This document shows positions 37,182-46,891 of a DNA stretch of 64,000 nucleotides, piece after piece (position 1 is the first letter of the stretch; each line of letters begins with the position of its first letter). The notes beneath the pieces were generated by a model, which searched no databases, was not told the origin of the DNA, and worked only from the letters and a program-made list of their open reading frames with translations. Origin of the DNA: Patescibacteria group bacterium (GTDB lineage: Bacteria > Patescibacteriota > Minisyncoccia > Phycocordibacterales > UBA9973); assembly GCA_038063535.1 (NCBI GenBank), contig JBBTUV010000003.1:416-64415 (forward strand), given 5' to 3'. Both the position numbers and the translations under genes were made by a program.

Positions 37182-39554
37182 ATGAAAACCAAAGAGAAGC
37201 CCAAACTGCTGGTGCTGCTCGACGCGCATGCCATCATCCACCGCGCTTATCACGCCCTGCCCGAATTCCTCTCTTCGGCTGGGATGCCGACCGGCGCGCT
37301 CTACGGGCTTTCCACCATGCTCATGAAGATAGTCACTGAGCTCAAGCCAGACTATATGGTCGCTTGCTATGATCTCCCTGGAAAAACATTTCGCCACGAG
37401 GCTTATGAGGCATACAAAGCGAAGCGAGTGAAAGCGGACGATGCCTTAATCGCTCAACTTCAAAGCTCCCGGGAGATTTTCGAAGCATTCAATATTCCGA
37501 CCTATGACTCTCCCGGATTTGAGGCTGACGACGTAATTGGCACGATCGTCGATAAATTAAAAAAACAAAATAATCTCAAGGTCATTATCGCTTCGGGTGA
37601 CATGGATACGATGCAGCTCGTCCGGGACAAGAGGGTCTTGGTCTACACGCTCCGCAAGGGCATCGCCGATACCATCCTCTACGATGAAGAGAAAGTAAAA
37701 GAGCGCTTCGGCCTGCCGCCGGCGCTTCTCCCCGACTTCAAAGGGCTTCGCGGCGACCCGTCGGACAACATTGTAGGCATTAAAGGCATCGGGGAAAAAA
37801 CCGCGACCAAGCTCATTCAGAAATTCGGAACCGTCGAGGAGATTTACAAGAAAGGAGAAAAAGCGCTCATCAAAGCGGGGATCAGACCCCGCATCGTTGT
37901 GCTGATAAAAGAGAACAAAGAAGAAGCGCTTTTTTCCAAAACTCTCGCCAAGATCCGCAGTGATGCGCCGGTCAACTTCGCAATACCCGTGAAAACTTTC
38001 TGGGAGAATATGGATGAGAAAAAGATCGAGCAGGTTTTTCGAAAATTCGAATTCAAAAGCCTGCTCGAGCGAGTGTGGAAATTCTTCGGAACGAACGGGA
38101 AAGACATCCCGGCGCAAGCCGAACTTGCGATCCCGGAGGTAGGGGAGGTGAACCTGGCGCTTCTCAAAGAAACCTCTATTGCCCTCTGGCTCCTTGACTC
38201 CGATACACCGAACCCGGATCTTCCTGCGATGCTTTCCTATTCGGGGAAAAACACCCTTCGAGAGGCGCACGAGTATATATTCCGGGAACTCGAGCAGAAA
38301 AAACTCGATAAGGTTTTTGGCGAAATAGAAAGGCCGATCATTTCGGTTGTAGAAAGGATGGAGAGGACGGGTGTCCTTCTCGACAAGGAATATTTCGAAG
38401 AACTTTCACGCGAGTACCACAAAAAACTCGATAAACTTGTAGCAAAAATATACGTACTTTCCGGAGGAGAGTTCAATATTAATTCCCCAAAACAGCTTGG
38501 GGAGGTTTTGTTTGGGAAACTCGGCCTTAAGAGCAGCAAGCGCGGCGCGAGCGGCGCGCTTTCTACGAAGATCGAGGTGCTCGAAGAGCTTGCAGAGGAG
38601 AGTGAGATCGTCCGGAAGATCATAAACTACCGCGAGCTCGCCAAGCTTCTCTCCACGTACGTGGACGTGCTTCCGAAGATGGCGGGAGAGGACGGGCGCC
38701 TGCATGCCCGATTCATTCAAAACGGCGCGACTACCGGCCGGTTTTCTTCACAGGAGCCGAACTTGCAGAACCTGCCGATAAAATCCGAGCTCGGACGGCG
38801 GATTCGAACGGGATTCATCGCCCCACCGGCGGCGGTGCTCGCAGCCTTTGATTACTCGCAGATAGAACTGCGCGTTGCGGCGATCCTCTCCAAAGACGAA
38901 AAGATGACACAGATCTTCCGCGAGGGCAAAGATATCCATGCGGGTGTTGCGTCATATGTGTTCGGCGTGCCGATAGAGAAAGTTGACCCGGAGATGCGCC
39001 GGCGGGCAAAGGTGATAAACTTCGGCATCATCTACGGCATGGGTGTAACGGCGCTTCGCAAGAATTTGGGCGGGACGCGCGAAGAAGCGCAGAAATTTTA
39101 CGACAATTATTTCCGACAATTCTCCGGCATAAAAAGGTATCTTGAAGAAACCAAAATTTTTGCGCGGAAGCACGGCTACACCGAGACACTTTTTGGCCGG
39201 AGACGGTATTTCCCGAACATCAATTCGAAAATTCCGTACCTTGCGAGTATGGCTGAACGCACCGCAACCAATGCGCCAATCCAAGGCACCGCCACGGCGG
39301 ACATCATAAAGCTCGCAGTACGCTTTGCAGACGAAGACCTGAAAGAAGCAAAGCTTGAGAATGCGGCAAAACTAGTCCTTACCATCCATGACGAGCTGGT
39401 CTATGAAATAGACCAGAGCGTCCTTCCCCGGGCCGTGGAGATCATAAAAATGGCAATGGAGGGTGTACTCGAACGTTCTTTCATACGTCTCAAGAGCCCT
39501 GTTCCCATACTCGTTCATGCAGGCTCCGGCGCAAACCTCGGTGAAGTGAAATAA
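37182..39554 (+). CDS. polA: DNA polymerase I (compact)
   Basis: 5'-3' exonuclease (RAYHALP, EADDVIGT, GDPSDNI.G) plus Pol A (TGRFSS..PNLQN, DYSQIELR, K.INFG..YG, IHDEL). Confidence 0.97.
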   Translation: MKTKEKPKLLVLLDAHAIIHRAYHALPEFLSSAGMPTGALYGLSTMLMKIVTELKPDYMVACYDLPGKTFRHEAYEAYKAKRVKADDALIAQLQSSREIFEAFNIPTYDSPGFEADDVIGTIVDKLKKQNNLKVIIASGDMDTMQLVRDKRVLVYTLRKGIADTILYDEEKVKERFGLPPALLPDFKGLRGDPSDNIVGIKGIGEKTATKLIQKFGTVEEIYKKGEKALIKAGIRPRIVVLIKENKEEALFSKTLAKIRSDAPVNFAIPVKTFWENMDEKKIEQVFRKFEFKSLLERVWKFFGTNGKDIPAQAELAIPEVGEVNLALLKETSIALWLLDSDTPNPDLPAMLSYSGKNTLREAHEYIFRELEQKKLDKVFGEIERPIISVVERMERTGVLLDKEYFEELSREYHKKLDKLVAKIYVLSGGEFNINSPKQLGEVLFGKLGLKSSKRGASGALSTKIEVLEELAEESEIVRKIINYRELAKLLSTYVDVLPKMAGEDGRLHARFIQNGATTGRFSSQEPNLQNLPIKSELGRRIRTGFIAPPAAVLAAFDYSQIELRVAAILSKDEKMTQIFREGKDIHAGVASYVFGVPIEKVDPEMRRRAKVINFGIIYGMGVTALRKNLGGTREEAQKFYDNYFRQFSGIKRYLEETKIFARKHGYTETLFGRRRYFPNINSKIPYLASMAERTATNAPIQGTATADIIKLAVRFADEDLKEAKLENAAKLVLTIHDELVYEIDQSVLPRAVEIIKMAMEGVLERSFIRLKSPVPILVHAGSGANLGEVK

Positions 39555-39581
39555 GAAGATTTCATGCTAGAATAAAGGAAT

Positions 39582-40052
39582 ATGGAAACAAGCGGCGTGG
39601 ACAATCTAACCAATAAAATCCACCATACCCTCGCGCATTCCTATTTCATTTACCTCTTTTTTTTGGTGCTAGGGATTGCGCTCGATCTACTTTTCCCGAT
39701 GCGAATCATCAAAAATCCTCTTTCCGTCGGCCTCGGGATTTTTCTTCTGGTTATCGCGACCATTATTATTTTCTGGGCACAGCGGACGACCCGAAATTTG
39801 CACTCGGGGGATACGCTTACGAAGGAGGCATTTCTCTGCGGACCTTATTGCTACACGAGGACACCCACCCACTGGGGACTCTTTATTCTCACTCTTGGTT
39901 TTGGCTTTATTGCCAATGCCTTCTTCGTCGTTCTCTCTACATTAATTTCATTTTTTGTCACCAAGTTCGTATTTCTGCGGAAGTACGAAGAGATCCTGGA
40001 AGAAAAATATGGAGACGCTTACCGGGATTATGAGAAGGCGGTGAAGTTATGA
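39582..40052 (+). CDS. Isoprenylcysteine carboxyl methyltransferase-like membrane protein
   Basis: GPY.YTR.P..WG, EE..L..KYG..Y..Y...V motifs. Confidence 0.8.
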   Translation: METSGVDNLTNKIHHTLAHSYFIYLFFLVLGIALDLLFPMRIIKNPLSVGLGIFLLVIATIIIFWAQRTTRNLHSGDTLTKEAFLCGPYCYTRTPTHWGLFILTLGFGFIANAFFVVLSTLISFFVTKFVFLRKYEEILEEKYGDAYRDYEKAVKL

Positions 40053-40693
40053 TATATCTTTTCGCCGGGTCTGATGCGGGAAAGAGGCATCTTGCACATG
40101 AAAGGTTCTTGAAGACCCTCCCCGTGGGTACAGAGATTTTCCGGGTGGGGAAGGGGGACTTCAATCCGCTCGAGGCGGAGAGATTTTACTCAAGTTCAGG
40201 GCTTTTTTTTGATAAAATAGCGGTGATATTTTCTGAAGTTCTCGAGAATGCGGAGGCACGCGATTTTATCTTCTCGAAACTCGCGGAGATGGAAAAATCA
40301 GAGAACTATTTCATTTTCCTCGAAGGAAAACTACAGAAGACGACCCTCGATGCCTTCAAGAAGGCGAGAACCGAAATCGAAGTTTTTGAAAAAGAGGAGG
40401 TGGGAGAGAAGTTCAACAATTTTCTTCTCGCGAACGCGCTCGGGAAAAAGGACAAGCTCGGGATTTGGATATCATACCGCCAAGCCATAGAGAAAGGGGT
40501 GTCGCTCGAAGAGCTTGCCGGGGTTCTTTTTTGGAAAGCGAAAGATATGATACTGAAAAAAGATTTCCGCACTTGGAGCGAAAACGAATTGCAGGGGTTT
40601 GCCAGTAAATTCTCCTATCTTCTCCCGGAAGCCCGCCGCGCCGGCCGCGACGCCGAAGCAGCATTCGAGGAATATCTCCTTGAAGCGGTCTAG
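40049..40693 (+). CDS. holA: DNA polymerase III delta subunit-like (short)
   Basis: MIYLF.G.D, S.GLF, F.LANAL..KD, GVLFW pattern of reduced HolA proteins. Confidence 0.65.
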   Translation: MIYLFAGSDAGKRHLAHERFLKTLPVGTEIFRVGKGDFNPLEAERFYSSSGLFFDKIAVIFSEVLENAEARDFIFSKLAEMEKSENYFIFLEGKLQKTTLDAFKKARTEIEVFEKEEVGEKFNNFLLANALGKKDKLGIWISYRQAIEKGVSLEELAGVLFWKAKDMILKKDFRTWSENELQGFASKFSYLLPEARRAGRDAEAAFEEYLLEAV

Positions 40694-40717
40694 AAAAACT
40701 GATATTATCGCTCTATT

Positions 40718-40791
40718 CCGCCCTTAGCTCAGCCTGGTAGAGCTGCTCCCTTTTAAGGAGAAGGTCGTAGGTTCGAATCCTACAGGGCGGA
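40718..40791 (+). tRNA. tRNA-Lys(TTT)
   Basis: Acceptor CCGCCCT/AGGGCGG, D-arm GCTC/GAGC, loop CTTTTAA, T-arm GTAGG-TTCGAAT-CCTAC. Confidence 0.92.
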
Positions 40792-41313
40792 CTACGAATT
40801 TTTCTTGAGCCAGTCGATCATTTTCTCGTAGGTTGCGGGGCCAGTTTCGCCGTCGGCAGTAAGGCCCACCGCTTTTTGGAAATTCGCTACGTCGGTTTTC
40901 ATGCCCTTGCCGTAATCATTGTCTATCTTTTTCGAGGTCTTAAAATATATATTGAGAAAATTCTGCACTGTGCCAACCCGCGTACCTTTCGAGCCGACTT
41001 TCATGTAAACTTTATCATCAGTCAGTTTCTGCAAGTCGCCTATCAGACTCTGGTATTTTGAAGATACGGGCGCTGGTTCGGGTGCGGGCGGCGGCGACTC
41101 CTGTGCCGGCTCGGGCGGGGCAAGCCGCGCGAGTTCGTTCTCAAGATTCTTCACCTTTTCTCGAAGTTCTTCACTTTCATTCTCAAGCGTCTTAATCCTC
41201 TCCCGTTCGGCGTGCACGTCACCTGGCTCGAGCGTCTGAAAGGCCCACCAGCCCAGAACCCCGATCGCGATTATTACCCCTACTACCAAAAGCGCCGCCT
41301 TTAAATTCTGCAT
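40792..41313 (-). CDS. Membrane-anchored coiled-coil protein with C-terminal peptidoglycan-binding domain
   Basis: TM, coiled coil, Pro linker, GSKG..V..VQ.FL....D..YG..K..V..FQK..GL.ADG..GP.T. Confidence 0.85.
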   Translation of the reverse strand: MQNLKAALLVVGVIIAIGVLGWWAFQTLEPGDVHAERERIKTLENESEELREKVKNLENELARLAPPEPAQESPPPAPEPAPVSSKYQSLIGDLQKLTDDKVYMKVGSKGTRVGTVQNFLNIYFKTSKKIDNDYGKGMKTDVANFQKAVGLTADGETGPATYEKMIDWLKKNS

Positions 41314-41355
41314 TTTCTAATTATAGCAAATATGACCCGTCCAACAAATTCAAGG

Positions 41356-41381
41356 TCATGGTGAGTAAAGTCGAACCATGA
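41356..41381. repeat. Single REP-like palindrome
   Basis: TCATGGT-GAGTAAAGTCGA-ACCATGA; resembles the GGTTCGAC..CTCACC REP-like class (from memory). Confidence 0.5.
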
Positions 41382-41393
41382 TAAAATGTAGAA

Positions 41394-41534
41394 ATGGTGC
41401 TCTCCTTAAAACTAAACCAGTCGCTTTTCTTTATCTTCTTGTTTGTAATAGTTAGCTCGTTTCTGGCCTATAAAATAATTGTAAAAGCCTACAGCGGCGT
41501 TTACGATTTCGAAAATTCTGCTACTCTGTATTAG
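41394..41534 (+). CDS. Small single-TM protein (46 aa, absent from the ORF track)
   Basis: MVLSLKLNQSLFFIFLFVIVSSFLAYKIIVKAYSGVYDFENSATLY*; TGATAAAAT 6 nt upstream; TAG overlaps the uvrB GTG. Confidence 0.6.
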   Translation: MVLSLKLNQSLFFIFLFVIVSSFLAYKIIVKAYSGVYDFENSATLY

Positions 41535-43540
41535 TGGCAGATAAGCTTTTCAAACTAAGGAGCGAGTTCCGGCCCGCCGGCGATCAGCCGCAGGCGATTT
41601 CGAAGCTCCTCTCCGGGCTTCGGAGCAGAATGCGGAAGCAGACTCTTCTCGGGGCCACCGGTACGGGTAAAACTTTCACTATGGCGAACGTTATCGAAGA
41701 GATAGGGGTGCCTACGCTTGTCATCGCCCACAACAAGACGCTCGCGGCCCAGCTTGCGCAAGAATTTCGGGGGTTCTTCCCAGACGCGGCGGTTCACTAC
41801 TTCGTCTCCTATTACGATTACTACCAGCCAGAAGCGTATCTACCAGTTACCGATACTTATATCGAGAAGGATGCGGATATCAATAAAGAGATAGATCGCC
41901 TCCGGCACGCCAGTACCCAAGCACTCCTTACCCGACGCGATGTGATCGTGGTGGCTTCTGTCTCATGTATTTATGGGCTCGGAAGCCCGGAAGAATACGA
42001 GAGGGTCAATCTTCATCTTCTGCTTGGGGGAAAGATAGACCGGCTCGCGCTCATGCGCCGGCTCATAGAAATACATTTCTCGAGGACCAATTCCGATCTT
42101 CTGCCCGGGACCTTCCGTTCGAGCGGCACGAGAGTTGAAGTCATGCCGGTGTCTGAAACTTTCGTTTACCAAATTGAATTTTTGAAAGGTACTATCTCAA
42201 AGATCTTGAAAATCGACCCGGTTTCTTCCGCTCTCCTGGCCGAGGAGAAGCAAATTTTCATTTTTCCCGCTAAGCATTTCATCACCGAGGACGAGAAACT
42301 GAAAATCGCACTCAAGGGCATTAAAGAGGAATTGAACGCGCAGCTCAAGAAATTCGAAAAAGAGGGGAAACTTCTCGAAGCTGAGCGGCTGCGCCGTCGA
42401 ACCAATTATGACCTTGCGATGATTCGGGAGGTCGGCTACACGAGCGGTATAGAAAATTATTCCAGGCATCTTTCTGGGAAGCGCGAAGGCGAGCCGCCGG
42501 AGACACTGCTCTCGTATTTCCCAAAATCGGGGTTTCTCACCATTATCGATGAGTCTCATGTAACATTACCGCAACTTTCAGGCATGTATGCGGGCGATGC
42601 TTCGCGGAAGAACACTCTCGTCGAATACGGCTTTCGTCTCCCCTCCGCCCGCGACAACCGACCACTTAAGTACAGAGAATTCGAAGAGCGCATCGGCCCG
42701 GTTATTTACACTAGCGCGACTCCCGGGGGAGAAGAGCGCAAGGAGAGCGAGCAAATCGTAGAGCAGATTATACGGCCGACGGGGCTCCCAGACCCCGAGA
42801 CGACAGTAAAACCGATAACGCCGAAGAGCGACTATACGGGCCAGGTCCAAGATTTCATTGAAGAAGCAAAAAAAACAGTCGGAGCAGGATTTCGCGTACT
42901 TGCCACAACCCTTACAAAAAAGATGGCGGAGGATCTGGCCGCATATCTTAAAGAAAGAAGGATAAAAGCTGAATATCTCCACAGCGAGATAAAAACCATT
43001 GAGCGGATAAAAATACTGACCCAGTTCCGAAAAGGTGGTTTCGATGTCTTAGTGGGCGTGAATCTCTTGCGCGAGGGGCTCGATCTACCGGAGGTGGCGC
43101 TCATCGGTATACTTGATGCTGACAAAGAAGGATTTCTGCGTTCCGAGACCTCACTTATCCAGACTATTGGCCGAGCGGCACGGAACGCTGCCGGGCGGGT
43201 AATTCTCTATGCCGATAATCTGACCGGCTCGATGGAGCGAGCGCTTACCGAGACCGAGAGAAGGCGCAACCTCCAGCTTGCCTACAACAAAAAGCACGGC
43301 ATCACCCCTAAGACCATTATAAAGAACATCAGAGATATAACGGAGGAGCTCGAGAGCGAGCACGAGAAAGCACTTGCGAGCGAACTTCTTATCGACCTCG
43401 AGGTGTTCGGCGGAAGGCTCGAGGAACTAGTCAAGATAAAAGAACGCAAGATGCGCATAGCGGTGAAGACGCTTGATTTTGAATCGGCCGCGCTCCTCCG
43501 AGACGAGATAAAGATCATCCGTGATAAGATAAAGGGATGA
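41534..43540 (+). CDS. uvrB: Excinuclease ABC subunit B
   Basis: GDQPQAI, GATGTGKT, YFVSYYDYYQPEAY, IDESH, NLLREGLDLPEV, QTIGRAARN. Confidence 0.99.
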   Translation: MADKLFKLRSEFRPAGDQPQAISKLLSGLRSRMRKQTLLGATGTGKTFTMANVIEEIGVPTLVIAHNKTLAAQLAQEFRGFFPDAAVHYFVSYYDYYQPEAYLPVTDTYIEKDADINKEIDRLRHASTQALLTRRDVIVVASVSCIYGLGSPEEYERVNLHLLLGGKIDRLALMRRLIEIHFSRTNSDLLPGTFRSSGTRVEVMPVSETFVYQIEFLKGTISKILKIDPVSSALLAEEKQIFIFPAKHFITEDEKLKIALKGIKEELNAQLKKFEKEGKLLEAERLRRRTNYDLAMIREVGYTSGIENYSRHLSGKREGEPPETLLSYFPKSGFLTIIDESHVTLPQLSGMYAGDASRKNTLVEYGFRLPSARDNRPLKYREFEERIGPVIYTSATPGGEERKESEQIVEQIIRPTGLPDPETTVKPITPKSDYTGQVQDFIEEAKKTVGAGFRVLATTLTKKMAEDLAAYLKERRIKAEYLHSEIKTIERIKILTQFRKGGFDVLVGVNLLREGLDLPEVALIGILDADKEGFLRSETSLIQTIGRAARNAAGRVILYADNLTGSMERALTETERRRNLQLAYNKKHGITPKTIIKNIRDITEELESEHEKALASELLIDLEVFGGRLEELVKIKERKMRIAVKTLDFESAALLRDEIKIIRDKIKG

Positions 43541-44280
43541 AAACGCTTCTGATCGCTATCGTAATAATTCTGCTTGCCTTTGCGGGCTTTCAGTTCATCA
43601 TTAAAAATCGCGCGAGCTACGAAGCCGAAATTCCAGAGCTTAAGAAACAAGCGCCCGTAGAAGGGGAGGTGCTTGTTGACACCACTCTTTCTGAAACTAA
43701 GACCTTCAATGCGCCCACAGCCTTTGCAACCTTCGATGTAGCATATCCGACGTTCAAAAATGCAAGCGTGGAATTCAATCAAAAGATCGAGGACCTTGTA
43801 ATGAGCGCGGTTGCTGAACATAAGAAAATTGCGGAAGACACTTGGAGGGCGCAGGCAGAGACCGGCGGAACGCCGGAGGAGAAATTCCAATTTTATGCTT
43901 CCTGGACTCCGGTGCAGGTGAATGACAATTACATAAGCGTGCTTCTGCGTGAGGGTGGGTATACCGGCGGGGCGCATGGGTATGAAATGCTGACCTCGTT
44001 TAATTTTGACGTAATGGGAGAAAAAGAAATTGTGCTTTCTGATCTTTTTCCCGGTGATCCTAATTATTTGAAAGCTATTTCCGAGTTTGCGCGCAAAGAA
44101 TTGAGGAGACAATTGAAGGAAAACTTGAACGAGGATATGCTGCTTCCCGGCACAGAGCCCAGAGATGAGAATTTCAGCGTGTTTTCTTTCACCCCTGGCT
44201 CTTTGACTTTCTATTTCCAGCAATATCAAGTTGCTCCGTATGCCGCGGGCCAGTCGAAAGTGACAATGCCTCGGGATTAG
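43537..44280 (+). CDS. RsiV/DUF3298-DUF4163 family extracytoplasmic protein
   Basis: N-terminal TM, YTGGAHG, NFD......L.DLF, F.QYQVAPYAAG. Confidence 0.85.
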   Translation: MKTLLIAIVIILLAFAGFQFIIKNRASYEAEIPELKKQAPVEGEVLVDTTLSETKTFNAPTAFATFDVAYPTFKNASVEFNQKIEDLVMSAVAEHKKIAEDTWRAQAETGGTPEEKFQFYASWTPVQVNDNYISVLLREGGYTGGAHGYEMLTSFNFDVMGEKEIVLSDLFPGDPNYLKAISEFARKELRRQLKENLNEDMLLPGTEPRDENFSVFSFTPGSLTFYFQQYQVAPYAAGQSKVTMPRD

Positions 44281-44349
44281 GCTATACTCTGGACAATCGA
44301 ATATCGATATGCACCCCCAAGCGCAAGCCGAGGGTGTGTTTAAGGTTGT

Positions 44350-46890
44350 ATGAAGGAAGAAAAGGAAGAAATAATCAAGGTTCGGGGGGCCCGAACCCAC
44401 AATTTGAAAAATATCAATGTGGAAATGCCGCGCAATAAGATGGTGGTGATTACTGGTGTCTCTGGGAGCGGCAAATCCTCACTTGCCTTCGACACCATTT
44501 TTGCCGAAGGGCAGCGGCGATACGTGGAGTCGCTCTCTTCCTACGCCCGGCAGTTCTTGAATCAGATGCCCAAACCAGACGTAGACGAGATCACCGGCCT
44601 TTCGCCAGCGATCTCGATCGATCAAAAGTCCCGTTCGAACAATCCTCGCTCGACGGTCGCAACGATCACCGAGATTTACGATTACATGCGGGTGATGTAT
44701 GCACGAATCGGCCGGCCCTATTGCCCGGTTTGTGGAGAAGAGATCCGGAAACTCTCCAGCGAAGAGATCCTGAACTTCGTGCTTGAAAAAATAAAGAACA
44801 AAAAAAACGAGGTCTCTATTTTCTCGCCGGTAGTCCGGGGCAGAAAGGGCGAGTACTATCAGCTTCTTTATGACCTCCTCGGCAAAGGCTTTTATGAAGT
44901 GCGCCTTGATGGGGTGATGAAAAAACTCCGGGAGCAGATCATCCTCTCCAAGCACAAAGCGCACACGATAGAAGTTCTTGTGGATCGTTTTTCGCCCGCA
45001 GAATTTGGTAAAGATACAGCGGGGTTTCGGATGCGCCTCGCCGAGGGGGTCGAACGCGCGCTGATCGAATCGGACGGCCTGGTGCAAGCAAAAATAGACA
45101 AGGAGGAGTTCTTAATTTCGGCGAAGTTTGCCTGCAAGAACGACGGGTTTTCCTTTCCAGAGATCGAACCGCGACTTTTTTCTTTTAATTCCCCATACGG
45201 AGCTTGCCCTACTTGCCATGGCCTGGGGACCAAGTATTTCGGGAGCGGTGAGCCTTGCCCGGACTGCAAGGGTGCACGCCTGCGGACCGAGGCCTTGAAT
45301 GTTTTCATCATGGCAGGGAAAGAGAGAAAAAATATACTAGACCTCTCTTCGCTCTCGATCGCTAGAGCTCATGAGTACTTCAAAAATTTGAAGCTGACGG
45401 AGAAAGAAAAGGAAATTTCCTTCGCCGTCGTCCGGGAAATAGTTTCGCGCCTCTCTTTCATGCTCGATGTCGGCCTCGATTATCTTGAACTTTCACGGAA
45501 AGCCAATACGCTCTCCGGCGGGGAAGCGCAGCGGATTCGTCTGGCATCTCAACTCGGCTCACGACTAGTAGGAGCTTTGTATGTACTGGACGAGCCTACC
45601 ATCGGGCTCCATCAGCGGGACAATGATCGCCTGATCAAGACGCTTGAAAATCTCCGCGACCTCGGCAATACCATCATAATAGTCGAGCACGATGAGGACA
45701 CGATCTACGCTTCAGACTACATCGTGGATATCGGACCGCGAGCCGGAGTACACGGCGGGGAGATCATTGTAAGTGGGTGGCTCGACGCGCTGCTTACCGC
45801 GCCCAAAGACAAAACCGGCTCGCGCACCCTTGCATACCTGCGCGATGAAGCGAAAATCCCCATGCCTCAAAAGCGGAGAGAGGGCAAGGGGGTTTTACGC
45901 GTTGCTGGAGGCAATGCTTTTAATATCAAAAACTTGAGTGTCGAGGTACCGCTCGGAGTGATGACAACGATCACTGGTGTTTCCGGGTCGGGAAAGAGCA
46001 CGTTTATGTATGAGATACTTTATAAAAATCTCCAAGCGAGGTTCGAGCGCAAATACCGGAGCGCGCAGGTTTTCAACTGTGCGTCCATGACCGGTACCGA
46101 ATACCTCGCACGAGCGATCCTCATTAATCAATCACCAATCGGCCGAACCCCAAGATCGAATGTTGCCACTTACACCGGCGCCTTCACTCATATTCGTGAC
46201 CTTTTTGCTGCGACCGAGGAAGCGCGGCTTCGCGGCTGGAAACCGAACCGCTTTTCTTTCAATGTGCCGGGCGGGCGCTGCGAGGCCTGTGAAGGAAACG
46301 GCGAGATCGCAGTCGAGATGCACTTTCTCCCGACCGTTTACGTCACTTGTGATATTTGCCAGGGTAAGCGCTTCGACAAGGAAACGCTGACCGTAAAATA
46401 TAATAAAAAAAACATCCACGAAGTGCTTCGGATGACAGTGGAAGAGGGATTACAATTTTTCAAGGACATTCCGGAAATAGCGGATAGACTAGGAACGCTC
46501 TTCGATGTGGGCTTGGGGTACCTTGAACTCGGTCAGCCAGCTACCACACTCTCGGGCGGCGAAGCCCAAAGAGTAAAAATATCAAGCGAGCTTTTCCGAC
46601 CACATCTTGAGAAAACCATCTATCTCCTTGATGAGCCGACCGTGGGTATGCATTATGATGATGTTGCAAAGCTCCTTGAGGTTCTCCGGAAACTTCTCGG
46701 GCGAGGCAACACTGTTGTTCTTATTGAGCATAATCTCGATGTCATAAAAAATGCCGATTACATACTCGATTTCGGCCCGGAAGGCGGAGAACGGGGAGGC
46801 GATCTCGTTGCCAAGGGGACCCCAGAGGCGGTCGCAAACAATTCGAAGAGCTACACAGGGAAATATCTTAAGAAAGTTTTGAAGAGATAG
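44350..46890 (+). CDS. uvrA: Excinuclease ABC subunit A
   Basis: GARTHNLKN, two GVSGSGKS Walker A, two LSGGEAQR signatures, Zn fingers. Confidence 0.99.
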   Translation: MKEEKEEIIKVRGARTHNLKNINVEMPRNKMVVITGVSGSGKSSLAFDTIFAEGQRRYVESLSSYARQFLNQMPKPDVDEITGLSPAISIDQKSRSNNPRSTVATITEIYDYMRVMYARIGRPYCPVCGEEIRKLSSEEILNFVLEKIKNKKNEVSIFSPVVRGRKGEYYQLLYDLLGKGFYEVRLDGVMKKLREQIILSKHKAHTIEVLVDRFSPAEFGKDTAGFRMRLAEGVERALIESDGLVQAKIDKEEFLISAKFACKNDGFSFPEIEPRLFSFNSPYGACPTCHGLGTKYFGSGEPCPDCKGARLRTEALNVFIMAGKERKNILDLSSLSIARAHEYFKNLKLTEKEKEISFAVVREIVSRLSFMLDVGLDYLELSRKANTLSGGEAQRIRLASQLGSRLVGALYVLDEPTIGLHQRDNDRLIKTLENLRDLGNTIIIVEHDEDTIYASDYIVDIGPRAGVHGGEIIVSGWLDALLTAPKDKTGSRTLAYLRDEAKIPMPQKRREGKGVLRVAGGNAFNIKNLSVEVPLGVMTTITGVSGSGKSTFMYEILYKNLQARFERKYRSAQVFNCASMTGTEYLARAILINQSPIGRTPRSNVATYTGAFTHIRDLFAATEEARLRGWKPNRFSFNVPGGRCEACEGNGEIAVEMHFLPTVYVTCDICQGKRFDKETLTVKYNKKNIHEVLRMTVEEGLQFFKDIPEIADRLGTLFDVGLGYLELGQPATTLSGGEAQRVKISSELFRPHLEKTIYLLDEPTVGMHYDDVAKLLEVLRKLLGRGNTVVLIEHNLDVIKNADYILDFGPEGGERGGDLVAKGTPEAVANNSKSYTGKYLKKVLKR

Positions 46891-46891
46891 C

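Noticed and set aside
43282-44400. 372-aa minus-strand ORF
   Set aside because: Antisense shadow of uvrB, the RsiV-like gene and uvrA; no recognisable motifs.
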